Source of the DNA: Sphaerodactylus townsendi
Taxonomy: Eukaryota
Assembly: GCF_021028975.2 (NCBI RefSeq)
Contig: NC_059425.1
Span: forward strand, 133,672,001 to 133,736,000
Length of the DNA stretch: 64,000 bases
Reading direction: 5' to 3'
In this document: one piece after another, positions 39,990-52,139 of the stretch
Layout: each line of letters begins with the position of its first letter
Numbering within the stretch: position 1 is the stretch's first letter
Translations under genes and position numbers: made by a program
The notes under the pieces: generated by a model
What the model was told of the DNA's origin: nothing
What the model saw: the letters and a program-made list of their open reading frames with translations, nothing else
Database searches by the model: none

Positions 39990-40377
39990 TAAGTCAGGAG
40001 GGGAGAAAAAGGAACTTTGGATACTCAGCATGAAGGTTCCTTCTGCTCTGAGGTTAGGAGAGCATCTTGATGTGGGTGATTCCCCTCAAATTGCTCAGGA
40101 AGGCAGGACCAGCAACTTCCTGATTCCCCAGTAGGAGTCGCCCGAGCTCAGTTTGGTTGATTCACGAGCTGATGAATCAAGACGGGAAGGAACAGAACAG
40201 AGATAGAATAAGCAGACCAGATGCTGTTTAAAACAAAACAATTGATAACCAGGGGGACAATAACCAGGGTTTAAGGAAGGGTAAGAGAAAGTAAGCATCT
40301 TCCCACTGTCGCTTGAGAATGTAGGATTGATCACACTCTGGACTCCACTTTTTGTAGACATTTTTTCTCTTTTCTTC

Positions 40378-40459
<82 letters not shown>

Positions 40460-42400
40460 GCCCTCCTTACCTCAGAGTAGGTGGAACTCGCATGATGAAT
40501 GTCCAAGATTTTGTTGTTGCTCTTAGGAGGAGGGCCTCATGACAAGGGACTTCCAATTGTAGTGTTCCAAGAGAAATGTGGAATTAAGTGTCATCCACCC
40601 CATGCTGCAGCACTCTACATCTGAAGATGGCATTGGCTGAGGAGGAGTCAAATTTGCAGTGTCTAACAAACATTAAAATTGAAGAGGATGTGGCTGCCTT
40701 GCATATTTCCTCCACTGAGGCTTGATGATCGAAGTCTGTGGTAGTGGCTGCACTTCTCACAAAATGTGTTCTGATCCCTCCTGGAGCCAGAATGTTGCTT
40801 GCCATGTAGGTATTGGAGAGGCACTATCAAATGGCATAGCTGATAGCCAATCTGGGCATCTTCCCCTTATTCTTCACTGTTAATGAAATGAAAAAAGTCT
40901 GTCTTTCTGAAGGACTCTGTGGATCAGAGGTGGATTCCAAGGGCCCTCCAGTGGTCTGAGGAGTGCCACTCTCTCTCCTGGGGTGTCTAGGGTGCAGTTC
41001 GCAGATGGGTGATAAATCTCTTGACTCCTGTGGAAGGTTTAGTTTGCCTTGTAAATAAAGGAGAGGTCTGACCAGAGCACCACCTTCTCCTTGTGGAAGA
41101 CACATCAACCTTTCCTGGCTGACAAGGCTCCCCATTGTGACTCTCCTAACTGAAGTCACCGCTGTAGGCAAAAGAGCTACTTAAGGGGAACTTCCATTAA
41201 GGTTTCAAAAGGAGGTATTGTGAGAACTGAAAGAACTATGTGCAGTCTTCATAAGTGGAATCTATGGATCACAGGAGGAAGAAGCGTACAATATGAGGAT
41301 GTACAGATAAGGGGGGTGTTGGATATCTGTTGTAGGATCTTGGTTATCACTGCTACCTGTTGATGAAGGGTTGTACTCTTTTAGCTTTTGGTGGATGCCC
41401 TCTTGTAAGAAGGCAAACAGGTAGCACATGCCAGCGTTGATGGGATCAGTCCACTTGTGTTGTCTTTATCTTGTAGTATTTCCTAGTAGTATTATAGATA
41501 TTACTTGCTCAGGCCGTCCTGAGGCCATGGTGTTCTCTGTGACATCTGAGGGGTAGCCCAGGTACAGGAGCTAATTCCTTTCAAGAGCCACATGGTTTGA
41601 TGGAGCCATTCTCTGTATAGGTGCTAAACCAGGCCCAGCTGCAATAAGTCCAATCTCACTCACTGGAATCTTCCTAGGAACCCTTACTGAGAGCTCCACT
41701 AAGGATGGAAATATTAGCCTGTGAAGCCATTCTGGAACCACAAAGCTCACCTCCTGATGTAACTTCCATAGAGCTTTCAGGATCACTGGGAAAAACAGGA
41801 AGCCAAACAAAAGGCCCTTAGAACACTGAGAGGTTTGAGCATCAGCTTGTTTTGACCAAGGTAAAGATATCTGGAGAAGAATCTTGTGACTTTATGATTG
41901 GGTCCCCAGACTAACAGATCCACTCCCAGAATTCCAAATCTGGCTGCAATTTGTAGGTAGATCACTCATTTGTCAGTGGTCTGTCTACTCAACCTGGATG
42001 TTCAGGGAACCTTGGATGTGTTCTACTGAGATGGATCATAGGAGTTTTTCCGCTCAGGGAAGGGTGAATTGGGTCTCTATGTGCAGTATAGATTACTTGG
42101 AACCCTACTGCTTGTTGATGTGGGCCTTGATTGAGTCCTGATAAGCACATGCCAGCCCTGACATCTGTCTGGAAGTGAGTACTTTTCTGATAGCTCTGAG
42201 TTCTAGTTCACTGATGTTCATCATCTCTTCATTTGATATGCCTTGGGCAAGACAACCCTGCAGCAATGCTCCCCAACCTGATAGATTTTCATCCATGAAG
42301 AGTTGCATGATGTGCTGTGGGAAGTAGAATTGACCCTGTCTGAGTTTGTTGGGGTCAGTTCACCAGACCATGCTCTGCCTCAGAGATAGAGGCCTCATGT
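39990..42400 (-). mobile_element. DIRS1-like retrotransposon remnant (RNase H, MT-like, tyrosine recombinase)
   Basis: LFMDENLSGWGALL...NISELELRAI (RNase H); GVDLLV..NHKVTRFFSRY and FFP...VVPEW (MT-like); GIRTHFVRSAATT...EEICKAAT...FVRH (YR); domain order matches DIRS1. Confidence 0.85.
40382..40455. repeat. (TC)n microsatellite
   Basis: Perfect TC run inside the DIRS terminal region. Confidence 0.95.
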
Positions 42401-42890
42401 TCTGACTTCATGCTCTACTTCCAGCCCTCTCTGGAAAGGTCCCTAACATGATGGTTTTCCTTGCTTGGCCAGCTGATTGAATTTGTCAGACCTGTATGAC
42501 TGAAAATGAGATGATCTATTAGCCTTCAAAAGGTGCTCCAGATCCTGGAATCTCCTTTGGTCTGGTCTGGTCCAGTATAAGGTATGGTGGGAGCGGAAGG
42601 AATGTCCAGTCTGTCCTTTATGGGTCTAACAACCATCCTCAGAACAGACCAATAAACAGCAATGTTACAATTTAAATGTCCACTAGGGGGACCTCTTCAA
42701 CAATTCCATGGTGTGATCATCCAAGGAATAAAGGTTTTAAAATAATGTTTGGGAAGTAGAAATAAGCCCAAGGCTGACGGTGCAAAAAGAGGTAAATTAT
42801 ATATTTCCGACTCTCCCAAAATTACCTACTGAATTCCCTAGATGATCAATGATCTTGCACTCTTTTTGGAAAAACCTGCAAGATGAACAC

Positions 42891-42930
42891 ATTCCCCTGA
42901 AGAAGCCTCTTGGTGAAACATGTAGGGAAT
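42891..42930 (+). ncRNA. Minimal type I hammerhead ribozyme motif in a Penelope-like remnant (~42660-43030)
   Basis: attccc-CTGAAGA-a-gcc-tctt-ggt-GAA-acatgt-a-gggaat: perfect 6-bp stem I, 3-bp stem II, palindromic stem III and GUA triplet. Confidence 0.7.
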
Positions 42931-45208
42931 TTTGGAATTTTTAACTGAATAATCAAATATATTTTATCTTATTTTGCACCATTGGACTTGGCCTTAATTT
43001 TTTATCTCCTGTGACTAGTGTGGCCCATTTATTTCTCCAATGCTTGAGAACTACTTGTTGGGTATAGACTTGGCCCACTCTTTCTTCATCAGGCTTTCAA
43101 AGAAATTGAGGAAGGAAACCAACCTTTGTGAGGAAGGAAAGAGCGAAAAGGGAGCAGGGGAGCAGCTGTAGAAGAAGGAGCAACTCAGCTGCACAGAAAG
43201 GAAGGGAAATTTCATTAGGCCCAGCACAGTGACTAGGAACTTTCATGTTCAAACTCACCTGAGGAATAGAATGAGAATCAGGAAGTGAGCATCACTTGAA
43301 GAAAGTGATTAAAAGACAAGAGGCAGGTGGCACTGTTTGCTGGCACTGGGAAGAGGCCTGGAACCAGGACTTTCCACAGTCTTAGGAACCGGGCTGTCCC
43401 AGGGAAAAGGGAAAAAAGACCACTGGCTACTCCAGAAAGCATGACAGAGGGACACCGTTTCACTATGCTCTACCTGTCACAATAGAGTTGCCAGTTCCGC
43501 AGTCCCCTCTTGTTTCCTACCACCACTCCAAGCAGAAGTAGGAGAAGAAAATTGAAATGTCAGGTGTGACAGTCGCTGACATTGCTTCCAGGAGAAAACA
43601 TTGGTGACGTCATACTGTTCTATGAATTGACAGAATCCATAGAGTTTTCAGCAGTTTCTAGAGAGGATCGACGTCACTTCCAAGGAAAACTGGTGCTTTT
43701 CTGGAAGTGATATCACAACCACTCTTTATATACCCTCCTATGTTCTCCCACTGGCTGCAACCCTACATCTCTCAGGTTTTTTTCAGGCTTCTAGTGAGAG
43801 CAACCCTATCCACTCACATAACTGATTAGGTTTACAAATCAATCCCCTAAATGGAGGATCGGGACCACCACCACCACCCCCCCCCCGCTTCCCACTTTTC
43901 CCTGTTCATTCTTTGAGGGAAGCGCAGGAGGGGCAGCTGGGTCGGCTGGTGCCGGGCCAGGCAGGAGAGCTCTCTGCCGCCACTGCCCTGTCAGGCCCTG
44001 TTTCTTCTTTAAGGAGGAAGGAAGGCTGACAAGGAACTGGAACGCTGGGCCTGATGGAATATGTGGTGATTGGCTGGTAGCGAGCGGTCATCATTCATCC
44101 TTAGGCAATTATGTCTAAGGACAGCTTTACTTTAGAAATCTAAACATCTTGAGACATAAGGGAAAGAGAGTTTAAATATTTTAATTAACCAATATTTTAC
44201 AAATTCTTATTTAGTGTGATTGCTTTCTTCAAATTCTTAAACAATCATTTAGCAGGTACTGTATAGAATTTAAATATATTGGTTGACTATGTCAGCCTTT
44301 TCCTTCTTTCAAAGATTTGTGCATATAACTTGATGGTTGTGTCAAGAAATAACTGTTTTACTAACTCCTACACAAACCACAAGTAGTTTCAGGCAATTTA
44401 TTAAACTACAGTGTGTACAGGAGGTAGCTTCAGCCTACATATGGTACAAATGGCAGCTACTCTGAAACAAAGATAATTGTGCTCCTGTAAAGTTTTAAAG
44501 GGGGGGGTTAAAAGTGAATGTTTTTTAATGTAGAATATGTAGATTCTCTTTTTGGTTATGCTGCCAGATTTTTTGTTAAAGTCCATTCAGTAATCTTAGT
44601 GCTCTTTTATGCATTCTGCAATAGTGTGGCTTTATATCTCAAAGACTGTAAATAGTAAACGAACGTAGTGTTGTTAAAGTAGTGATTGATGTCTAAAAAC
44701 TTCAAAAACGAAGTCTTTTGTTCCCGCTTGGGCGGGATGCAAAATTATACTATTTCCCAACGACAGCAGTGATCTTCCCAGAGGTGTTCTGAGCAATGAA
44801 GTTATTTGTTTCAATGTGATATATGCAAAGAGGTATTTGAATTACGAGAGATTTGTGAAGCGCAGTAAAAGATACCCCACTTCCGTTGTGCGAAGTTCCA
44901 TGGTTTGAAACCCTCCCTGTTTTGAGAATAGCTGTTTTATTCTTCCTTCGAAAATCCATTAGTGTAAATGGCTGTTACTTAAAACATTTGTCATTGCAAA
45001 AGTAACATAATTTCATTGTTGTGGCCTCTGTACAGTCCCATGTGTGGACTATACTTGAACAAGCTAGCTGCGGAGCATTCTAGCTAGTTTTAAAAGAGCT
45101 TTCTAGCTGTAAAATGAGTTCTCCCCTCCCCCCAGTCATGAGCCCGGGCAATCTTCCTTCCCAGGGCCACATGACCATGGGTGAGGGGGGAACGCAATCC
45201 CTCCAGAC

Positions 45209-45376
45209 CAGTGGTTCTCAACCTGGGGGTCGAATGACCCTTTCACAGGGGTCGCCTAAGATCATCGGAAAACGGTCTTTTTATATTTTATATATACCAA
45301 TTTTATGGTCGGGGGTCACCACAACATGAGGAACTGTATTAAAGGGTTGTGGCATTAGGAAGGTTGAGAACCACTG
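45209..45376. mobile_element. SPIN/URR1-type hAT MITE
   Basis: 16-bp perfect TIR cagtggttctcaacct/aggttgagaaccactg; TSD ctccagac/ctccagat; internal gacccttttcacaggggtcgcctaag-like and ggtcaccacaacatgaggaactgtattaaaggg segments match the recalled SPIN_NA/URR1 consensus. Confidence 0.88.
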
Positions 45377-45399
45377 CTCCAGATCCTCCTTCACTGCCA

Positions 45400-45800
45400 T
45401 GTGCAGTGGATGTGTTCTAGTCAGTTGAGGTTTCCTCAGTTAGCAGTTGCTTGCCTCTGCTAGTTAACTGTTTTCTCTTAGTTTAGTTCTTGTTTTCAGT
45501 TAGTTTACAGTACAGATAGGACTGTTTTTTGCATTTTTATTTCTTTTCGGACTAGTAAGGCCATTTTTCTTTGACCTGTTTTGACTGCATCATGACCTTC
45601 AAGATGGCACCATCAAAAGTCTGCTGCTGCTGTGGCACAAGCTCTCAGCATCTGACGAGCACCTTGAGTGTGCCATCTGCTTAGGAGAGGCTCATGTGCG
45701 GCAGATTTTCCACTAAGGTTCAGAAGCAGAGGGTGGCTTTCCAGGTGGCCAGAGAGGGGTTGTGTTTGCCTCCTCCTTGTGCCAACAGGAAGTCCTCAGG
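45400..45800 (+). mobile_element. DIRS1-like 5' fragment (gag N-terminal Cys/His motif)
   Basis: 45651-45698 translates SDEHLECAICLGEAHV (D-x-H-x2-C-x2-CLG-x2-H). Confidence 0.6.
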
Positions 45801-46995
45801 AGGCAGCACAATAGCGGTGCCATTCCCGGCCACCAGAGCCCTTTGGATGGGGCTGCCTATTTAGCAGACTTAATTGGAAGTCTATGCTGAACACTGCTCC
45901 AGGAGATATGCAACAATATTTTCACTATTTTATGTTCTGAAGATGAACTGTTAATAGCATTCTCTGAGCTTTCTTATCTGCAATCAACATACCTCCTACA
46001 TGTGTATTTAACATATTTCTTTTTACAGATAACTAGGGTTTTTTTTAATCCACTGTCGCTCTGAGGGCTATGAATTTTAGAAACTCTTACTGAGTTGGTA
46101 GAAGTTGCTGTTCTTGCTCGTCTTCTGTATTCTTGTGGTAGGGTTAAGCCAAGTGGGTTACGGGTATACTGACAGATTTTGCAGGTTGCTTTCCTGAATA
46201 TGTAATGAAAACATGCCAGAGATGGCTGGGTATGTATCTTTAACAACTTAATGCTCACATAAAGTGTATGCTACTTTCAGCAGATGAAGCTTCCATGGCC
46301 TTTTCTAATATTCACTTAGTTTCTACTCTCCGGGGATCATTTCTCCATTACAAAAATATCTCTAGCCATTTTCTGGTTCCTTTCTTATATTTTGTGTCAA
46401 AAACAGCATTCACAGTACCTGGTTGAAGGTAAATAAACTGAGAATATGAACACTGTTGTCCTGTAACTAGACAAGCCATAAGTCTTGTGTTCTCCACAGA
46501 ATTATGACATTTCAACAGTGCTGTAAGGGTACCTAGCGCCATGAGTAGGAATTGTGGTGCATTATTTTTAGTTCCTATAAAATTGATTAAACTATTACTA
46601 AATATAGAAGAAAACATTTGGGTTTATAGGTTTGTCCTTAAAATTGTCACAATAAATCACTATTAAAAGTTTAAACATCTTTCACTTTTCAAGCGGTATC
46701 AAAAATCTGTGGAGCTTTTTATGTAGTTCACACAAAAGTATATATATGAATAGCTAATGAATTTCCTTACCTTGGATTGATTTAAACAAATGACATGCCT
46801 GTTCTAAATTAATATTTATCCCAGCTGTTTTGCAAAATAATCTACCCATGTATGGCAAACAGGAAACCACTGATTTCTCAAAAGACAAAATGGTTTATTC
46901 TTTGTAAATAATCACACTATATATTAAGTTTGGGATCTCTGCATTCACTTTTCAAAACACCTTTAAAATGGTGGGAGCCTGGGAATTATTTGTAT

Positions 46996-47225
46996 TGGTT
47001 TTGGCGGGCTGTATGGTGTTCTAGCAAAGCTATGGGTGCATTTTCTCCTAGTATCGTTATCTCCTGCATCTGTGGCTGGCATCTTCAGCTGAAGATGCCA
47101 GCCACAGATGCAGGTGAAACGTCAGGAGAGAATGCTTGCTAGACGCCTTCCGCTCCTGTATACAGCCCGGAAAACCAGCCATTGTAGCACCCCTAAAGTG
47201 ATTCCGCCGTGGAAAGCTCCTCTCG
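46996..47225. mobile_element. Inverted pair of Penelope-like termini with perfect 52-bp palindrome
   Basis: cctgcatctgtggctggcatcttcag|ctgaagatgccagccacagatgcagg at 47063-47114, with imperfect arms beyond. Confidence 0.85.
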
Positions 47226-47339
47226 ACAATACTCTTTGTAGTAAAAATAATACTGAAAACATAGCACTTATGAGGCAGCACCAATAAATACCATTTTTCA
47301 AAAAAAATGTTGTTTTAATATCTTTCCGGCAGATAGCAT

Positions 47340-47834
47340 TTTATCACATTGGCCTCAGCTGTGTTCTGTCTTTGATGGGCCCCTCCGCACAGCAGAGGCA
47401 GCTAGGGTTCAACTCGTGTCTTTGGAAATCGTTACCTGAGCTCGACTCCTCTGTTACTCCGCACAGCAGCTGGCTCGTTTCTCCGAAGCCGAGTTCAGAG
47501 GGCAGGATTATCTCCTCGGGTCTTCCGCTCCTCATTCCTGATTGGCTGCCGTTCTATGGCGGGAAACATGAGTGCGCATCCCTTTTTTTTTGTTTACCGT
47601 AGGAGCTACATAGGAGGATTTTTTTAAAGGCGCGCTTCTTGCTGCCACCACGAGTCTCCTGTTCTGCGCATGGCCGAAATACTGCACTGTGATTGGCTGG
47701 CTGGCAGAGTCGAGGCAAGGGAGATTCCGCACTCTGCCAGCTTTGGCTTGAGTGCAACCCAAGTTCGCCAGAAAGTTGTACCTCCCAGTCGAGCTCGAAA
47801 ATTTGACAGTGAGAGGGGGGGAGCAGAGACAGAC
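47340..47834 (+). promoter_or_regulatory. Candidate internal (alternative) BACH2 promoter
   Basis: Local CpG enrichment in a CpG-poor intron; two inverted CCAAT boxes (GATTGGCT, ATTGG at 47541 and 47692); E2F-type TGGCGGGAAA at 47557-47566; TGCGCAT NRF1-like half sites; no recognisable repeat. Confidence 0.6.
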
Positions 47835-47891
47835 ATGAGTCGAACGCTACGGCTGTGCGGAGTACCCGGGTTGGACCTACGTCAAACTAAG
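47835..47891 (+). CDS. BACH2: Candidate alternative first coding exon of BACH2 (MSRTLRLCGVPGLDLRQTK)
   Basis: ATG in gacATGa context downstream of the promoter candidate; 19 open codons; donor AAG|gtagaa, phase 0, which joins in frame to GGT GTG AAC GGA ATG of the BTB exon. Confidence 0.5.
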
Positions 47892-49272
47892 GTAGAATCC
47901 GACAGTGTGGAGTGGCCCGATAGCTCAGAAAGTGTTCTGTGTTGCCTGCCTTGGGTTTATGAAACAACAATTTGAAATAGTTACACAGAGGCTAAAGAGG
48001 CTTTTTCTGTCATGCAGTTTGGAAAGGAAAAGGCAAGTGGTTAATTGAACATTTCACTATGAAAGAACATTAATAAAAATATGTACAGTGGAAGAATTAT
48101 GTTTAACGTTGATATCAATTTCTCTGTCAAACAACCAGAGTTTATGAAGTATTAAATAATTAGCAATTTTTACAAGGCAGACAGTTTTAGTGTTGGGGAT
48201 GTCAGATTGATATGTTAATAATGAGAATGCAAATATCTTTCTCACATCTTCATATCTGTCCCTTCCATTGTAGTTTGTAAGATGCCTTTTAAGAAAATAA
48301 TCACTGTGTAACTTTTAGAACTCATGTTCAGATGAGTCATGTTCTTTTTGCTCTTCCATCTGGGACAAAAAATTATTTATATTTTCTTGATCTTTCTATA
48401 ATATTCTGAAATCTCCCAAGTTCATAGAGCAGTTCTTTTGGAGAGACCAATATTTATCTTATTTCATGTTAGTTTATGATTTTAGCTGGTGGGGATTGTT
48501 TTGTCCTGATTTACAATGAGATCTTTGATTAAATGAGCATTAGGTAGCCTTGACTCAGACAATCTGAGAAGCTGACTAGGAACTCAGATTGGAGAAATAT
48601 GCCTAGAACCGAGGAATAGTATGGAGTCTGAAGGATAAATATCTAATCATGGTTGGAAGCTTACTTGGGCCAATTGACCTTTAAAAATGCACTCGATTGT
48701 TGATTCTGCTTCTTCATTGCTATCTACTTTTCTCACATCCTCTCCAGCTTCCTTTTGTATTTTCTGCTTATCCATAGCATCGGTTGCTATTCCCTTCTTG
48801 CTTTCTTTATATTGTTCTGCAGCAGAATGGAAGTTGGTTTACACATTTTTCTTCCTACTGCACAGGCCAGTGGCTCTTCCCTGAACAGATTTGATTTTTC
48901 TTCTTTTCTCGGCCAGTTGAACACTGGCAATGACACTGAGGCATCTGCTTCTCTTCACTGTCATTGCTGCCTTACCTTTGGCTGTGTTTTCAGCTAATAT
49001 CAGTCTTATTTACATGCTCCTCTGTCAGCTTCCCACCTTGCTGTCTTCTACAACTTATTTTTCATTGCTTATTCTTGTCCTTTGAATTGCTAGTGTTGTT
49101 TTCTGTATGGCCGAAAGCAGGGGACTCATTTTTCATTTTCATAACCTTTATTGGCATAAAAAGCAACAGAACAATAATACTGGTAGGAAGGAGTGGTTAA
49201 GATGGTATTGAACTAACAATACACAGAAATTTTGCTACGGCCTCCAACGTCGCATTGTTCTCATTATTAAAG

Positions 49273-50907
49273 CAGGGGACTCAACATGCGGGACCAGATG
49301 CAGCCCCTTGAGAGGACTTATCAGGCCTATGAACCAGTTGAGGAAATTCCCCCCTCCCACTCCTTATCTGGCCTGGACTCGCCAGTCCAAGAAGCTACTC
49401 CACTGCACTGCAGGCTTGCCAGTCCAGGCCCCCATTTCACCCAGCTCCGGATCTCGCCTGGTGAGCCTGTTACAAGTTCTACAGGACAGGCACAGTGGTG
49501 TAGCACCCACAGGGACATGTGGGGTCACATGTCCCAGGCGGAGGCCATTTGGGTCACATGGGGGTGCCCCCACACTTTTCCTCCATTCCCCAACTGCGTC
49601 CTACAGGACAGAAGTCTCCCCAGGACAGGCCTAGTCAAGGGGGAAGGCTCAGCTATCACTGCCTGAGGGCCTGGAGCGGGCTTGGCTGGAAGCAAGGCGG
49701 AAGGCGCCACTTTGGCAGGGAGAGGGCCTTCCCATTTGAGTGCTCCAGGCAAGGAGGTGGCACTGGGGCCAGCCTCTCCCTGACCAGCCCTTTGGAGCAC
49801 CAGCTGCCTCTGGCCCTGGGCACACCTACTGAGTCTTCTCCTGCAGGGTCAGCCGGCCCTGGCACCACCTTCCTGCCTGGCGCACCCGAATGGGAAGAGG
49901 TGCTGCGGCCTGGCCTGCAGGACCACACCTTGGGGGCTGGGCCTGCAGGAGAAGGCTCAGCCAGCGCGCCCAGGGCCAAGAGCAGCGTGGCCAGCGCTGC
50001 GGACGGCGCGCTGGCCGGGGAGAGGGCCTTCCCATTTGGCCACGCCAGGCAGGGAGGCAGGGCCGCCATGGCTCTGTCCCTCTCCAGCCATGCTGCTCAC
50101 TCGGCATGCTGCAGCCACACCCTGGGCCCTTCTGCCCTGGAGAGATTCCCCCACTCCAGGCTACCTAAGGGACCACAGCTTGGTCTTGCACACAGATAAG
50201 TAAAGCAAGTATAGCTACCATGGGGCGTGGGATGTAGCTACCATGGGGCGCGGGGGCACCATTTTGCCCCAGGCACCATTTCCCCCCACTACGCCTCTGT
50301 ACAGGCACCTACCCACCCTGCTCCCAATCTGGCCAAGTGAGCCCACTGTGGCAGGCTCCCCCAGAGCTGACTATCTCTGCTAGCACTCATCGTAACACCA
50401 CCACCACCACCCCACACACAACATGCTGATCTGGATTTGCAAGCCTGCTGCATGCTTGTCAGATGAGGTAGTCACTCCCTCTCCAGTTCCAACCACTTCC
50501 TCCAATGCCATTCTGGGCTAGTGAGTCCACTGCATGCTCACCAGCCAAGGTAGCCCCCCTACCCCTAATGAAGGCTCACCAGCTAAGGCGGCCATCCCTC
50601 ACTGTGCCAATCACCTTCCCCAATGCTGATCTGGGCTGGCAAGGCTTTTGTGCACTCGCCAACTGAGGCAGCCCCCCCCCCCCCCCCCCATGCCAACAAC
50701 CTCTCCCAGTTACTTTCTGGCCTGGTGAGCCTGCTGTGGATTTGACAGCCCAGGCAGCCCCACATATACACACCCCTATGCTTATTTGAGCTGGTGAGCT
50801 TACTCGGGGCTTGCCAGCCAAGGCAGCCACACACACCCTGGACCCGGCCTGACCAAGTCACATTTGTGTCATATCTGGCCCTCATAATAAATGAGTTTGA
50901 CATCCCT
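49273..50907. mobile_element. Large GC-rich non-autonomous hAT-type composite element
   Basis: Termini caggggactcaac / gtttgacatccctg; internal repeated agagggccttcccattt; nested MITE end actacgcctctg near 50298; no TSD found. Confidence 0.6.
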
Positions 50908-52139
50908 GTGCACACTGAAAACTGGCTATTCTTTGTCCATGTGTTTCCATTTCACTGTCTTTCATGCAGCTAGGCTTCATTGGTTTTATTGTACCTCTAT
51001 TTCTGCACTACAAAGAAGGTTTTGCCCTGTTCACTTGCTTATTACAACCTCTGATCCACATTTGCCTTTCTCTGACTTTGAACTTTGTTCTCCTGCCTGT
51101 TATTTTGGTCCCCTTTCTCTTCCCTCATTCATCTTGGCTGACCTCCATGCTCCCACTCTCCCCTATGGCTGCGTTACATTCACTAGGCTGCATGATCCTT
51201 TTCTTCTCTTACTTTTCCTTTTGACCTTCAGCTCCAGACCATCTCCTTGTCGTACAGGCAAATTTCATGCTGAAGACACTTGCACAAACATTGAGTCCGC
51301 CTCTAAAGGCTTTTCATGTTCATTTTTATGGTCTTACCTATATAACTCTCTTGGTACTAGCAAAATAAATCTTCTCCTTTTATCCCACAACAATTAAATT
51401 TTTTAAAAATCAACTTTGCTCTAGTAGTTAAGAATTTAAGGCATATTTGACATTAAAAGAAACAAGCGCAATTTCCTGTATGGGTTTTAGCTTGACAGGT
51501 CTTTGGCATAAAGCACATTTCAGAAGCCGTGCTTGTATAAGTATATATCATTGTACAGCAATCTCCTAGGGTGACTTTGGAATGTTCAGTTTTATTAACA
51601 GAAAGTCAGTTGTTCCCACAACAGAGCCATATATGTGACTTAACACTTACATAACCTCCTGACCTTGGTTTGGGATCCTAAGTTTCTCTACGTACATGAG
51701 GTGATACCTGAAGAAATATGAAAGCATCAGATTTTAAAAATTATTATTAGGTTTTTTTAAAAAAACCTAATTATAAAGGATCTACAATGGAAGTTACTTG
51801 ATTCAGATTGCTAGGATATGAGTTTATCTGTACCAATTGATTACTTTATCTGGCATTGTATGTATTATTCTGGACATTTCCTGAGTGAATGTCAGGTTAT
51901 TGTCCCCTAAGCACTAGTCATTTATTTCGGGGGGGGGGGGGCGGTGATGCTGTAGAGTCACAAAACAAGTCTTTGATGAAGTGTGACAGTTATTCCTGGG
52001 AACTTGGCTGTCTCAGCAACAGGTGGCATTTTTATTGTTTTTTTTTGTTTATTGAAACATCGCACCTTTCCTTGGGGTTCAGGGCATTTAAAATATTTTT
52101 TTCAGTTTAAGGCAAAAATAAAACAAAAAAACTCCTCAA

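Noticed and set aside
40228-40542. RE/SL dipeptide-repeat ORFs
   Set aside because: Translations of the (TC)n microsatellite.
43483-43808. Possible TAGGGTTGCC-ended hAT element
   Set aside because: TIRs are degenerate and no TSD was found; too weak to list as a feature.
49519-50199. 226-aa ORF, the longest in the track
   Set aside because: GC-rich interior of a non-autonomous element; overlapping ORFs in several frames and no recognisable domain.
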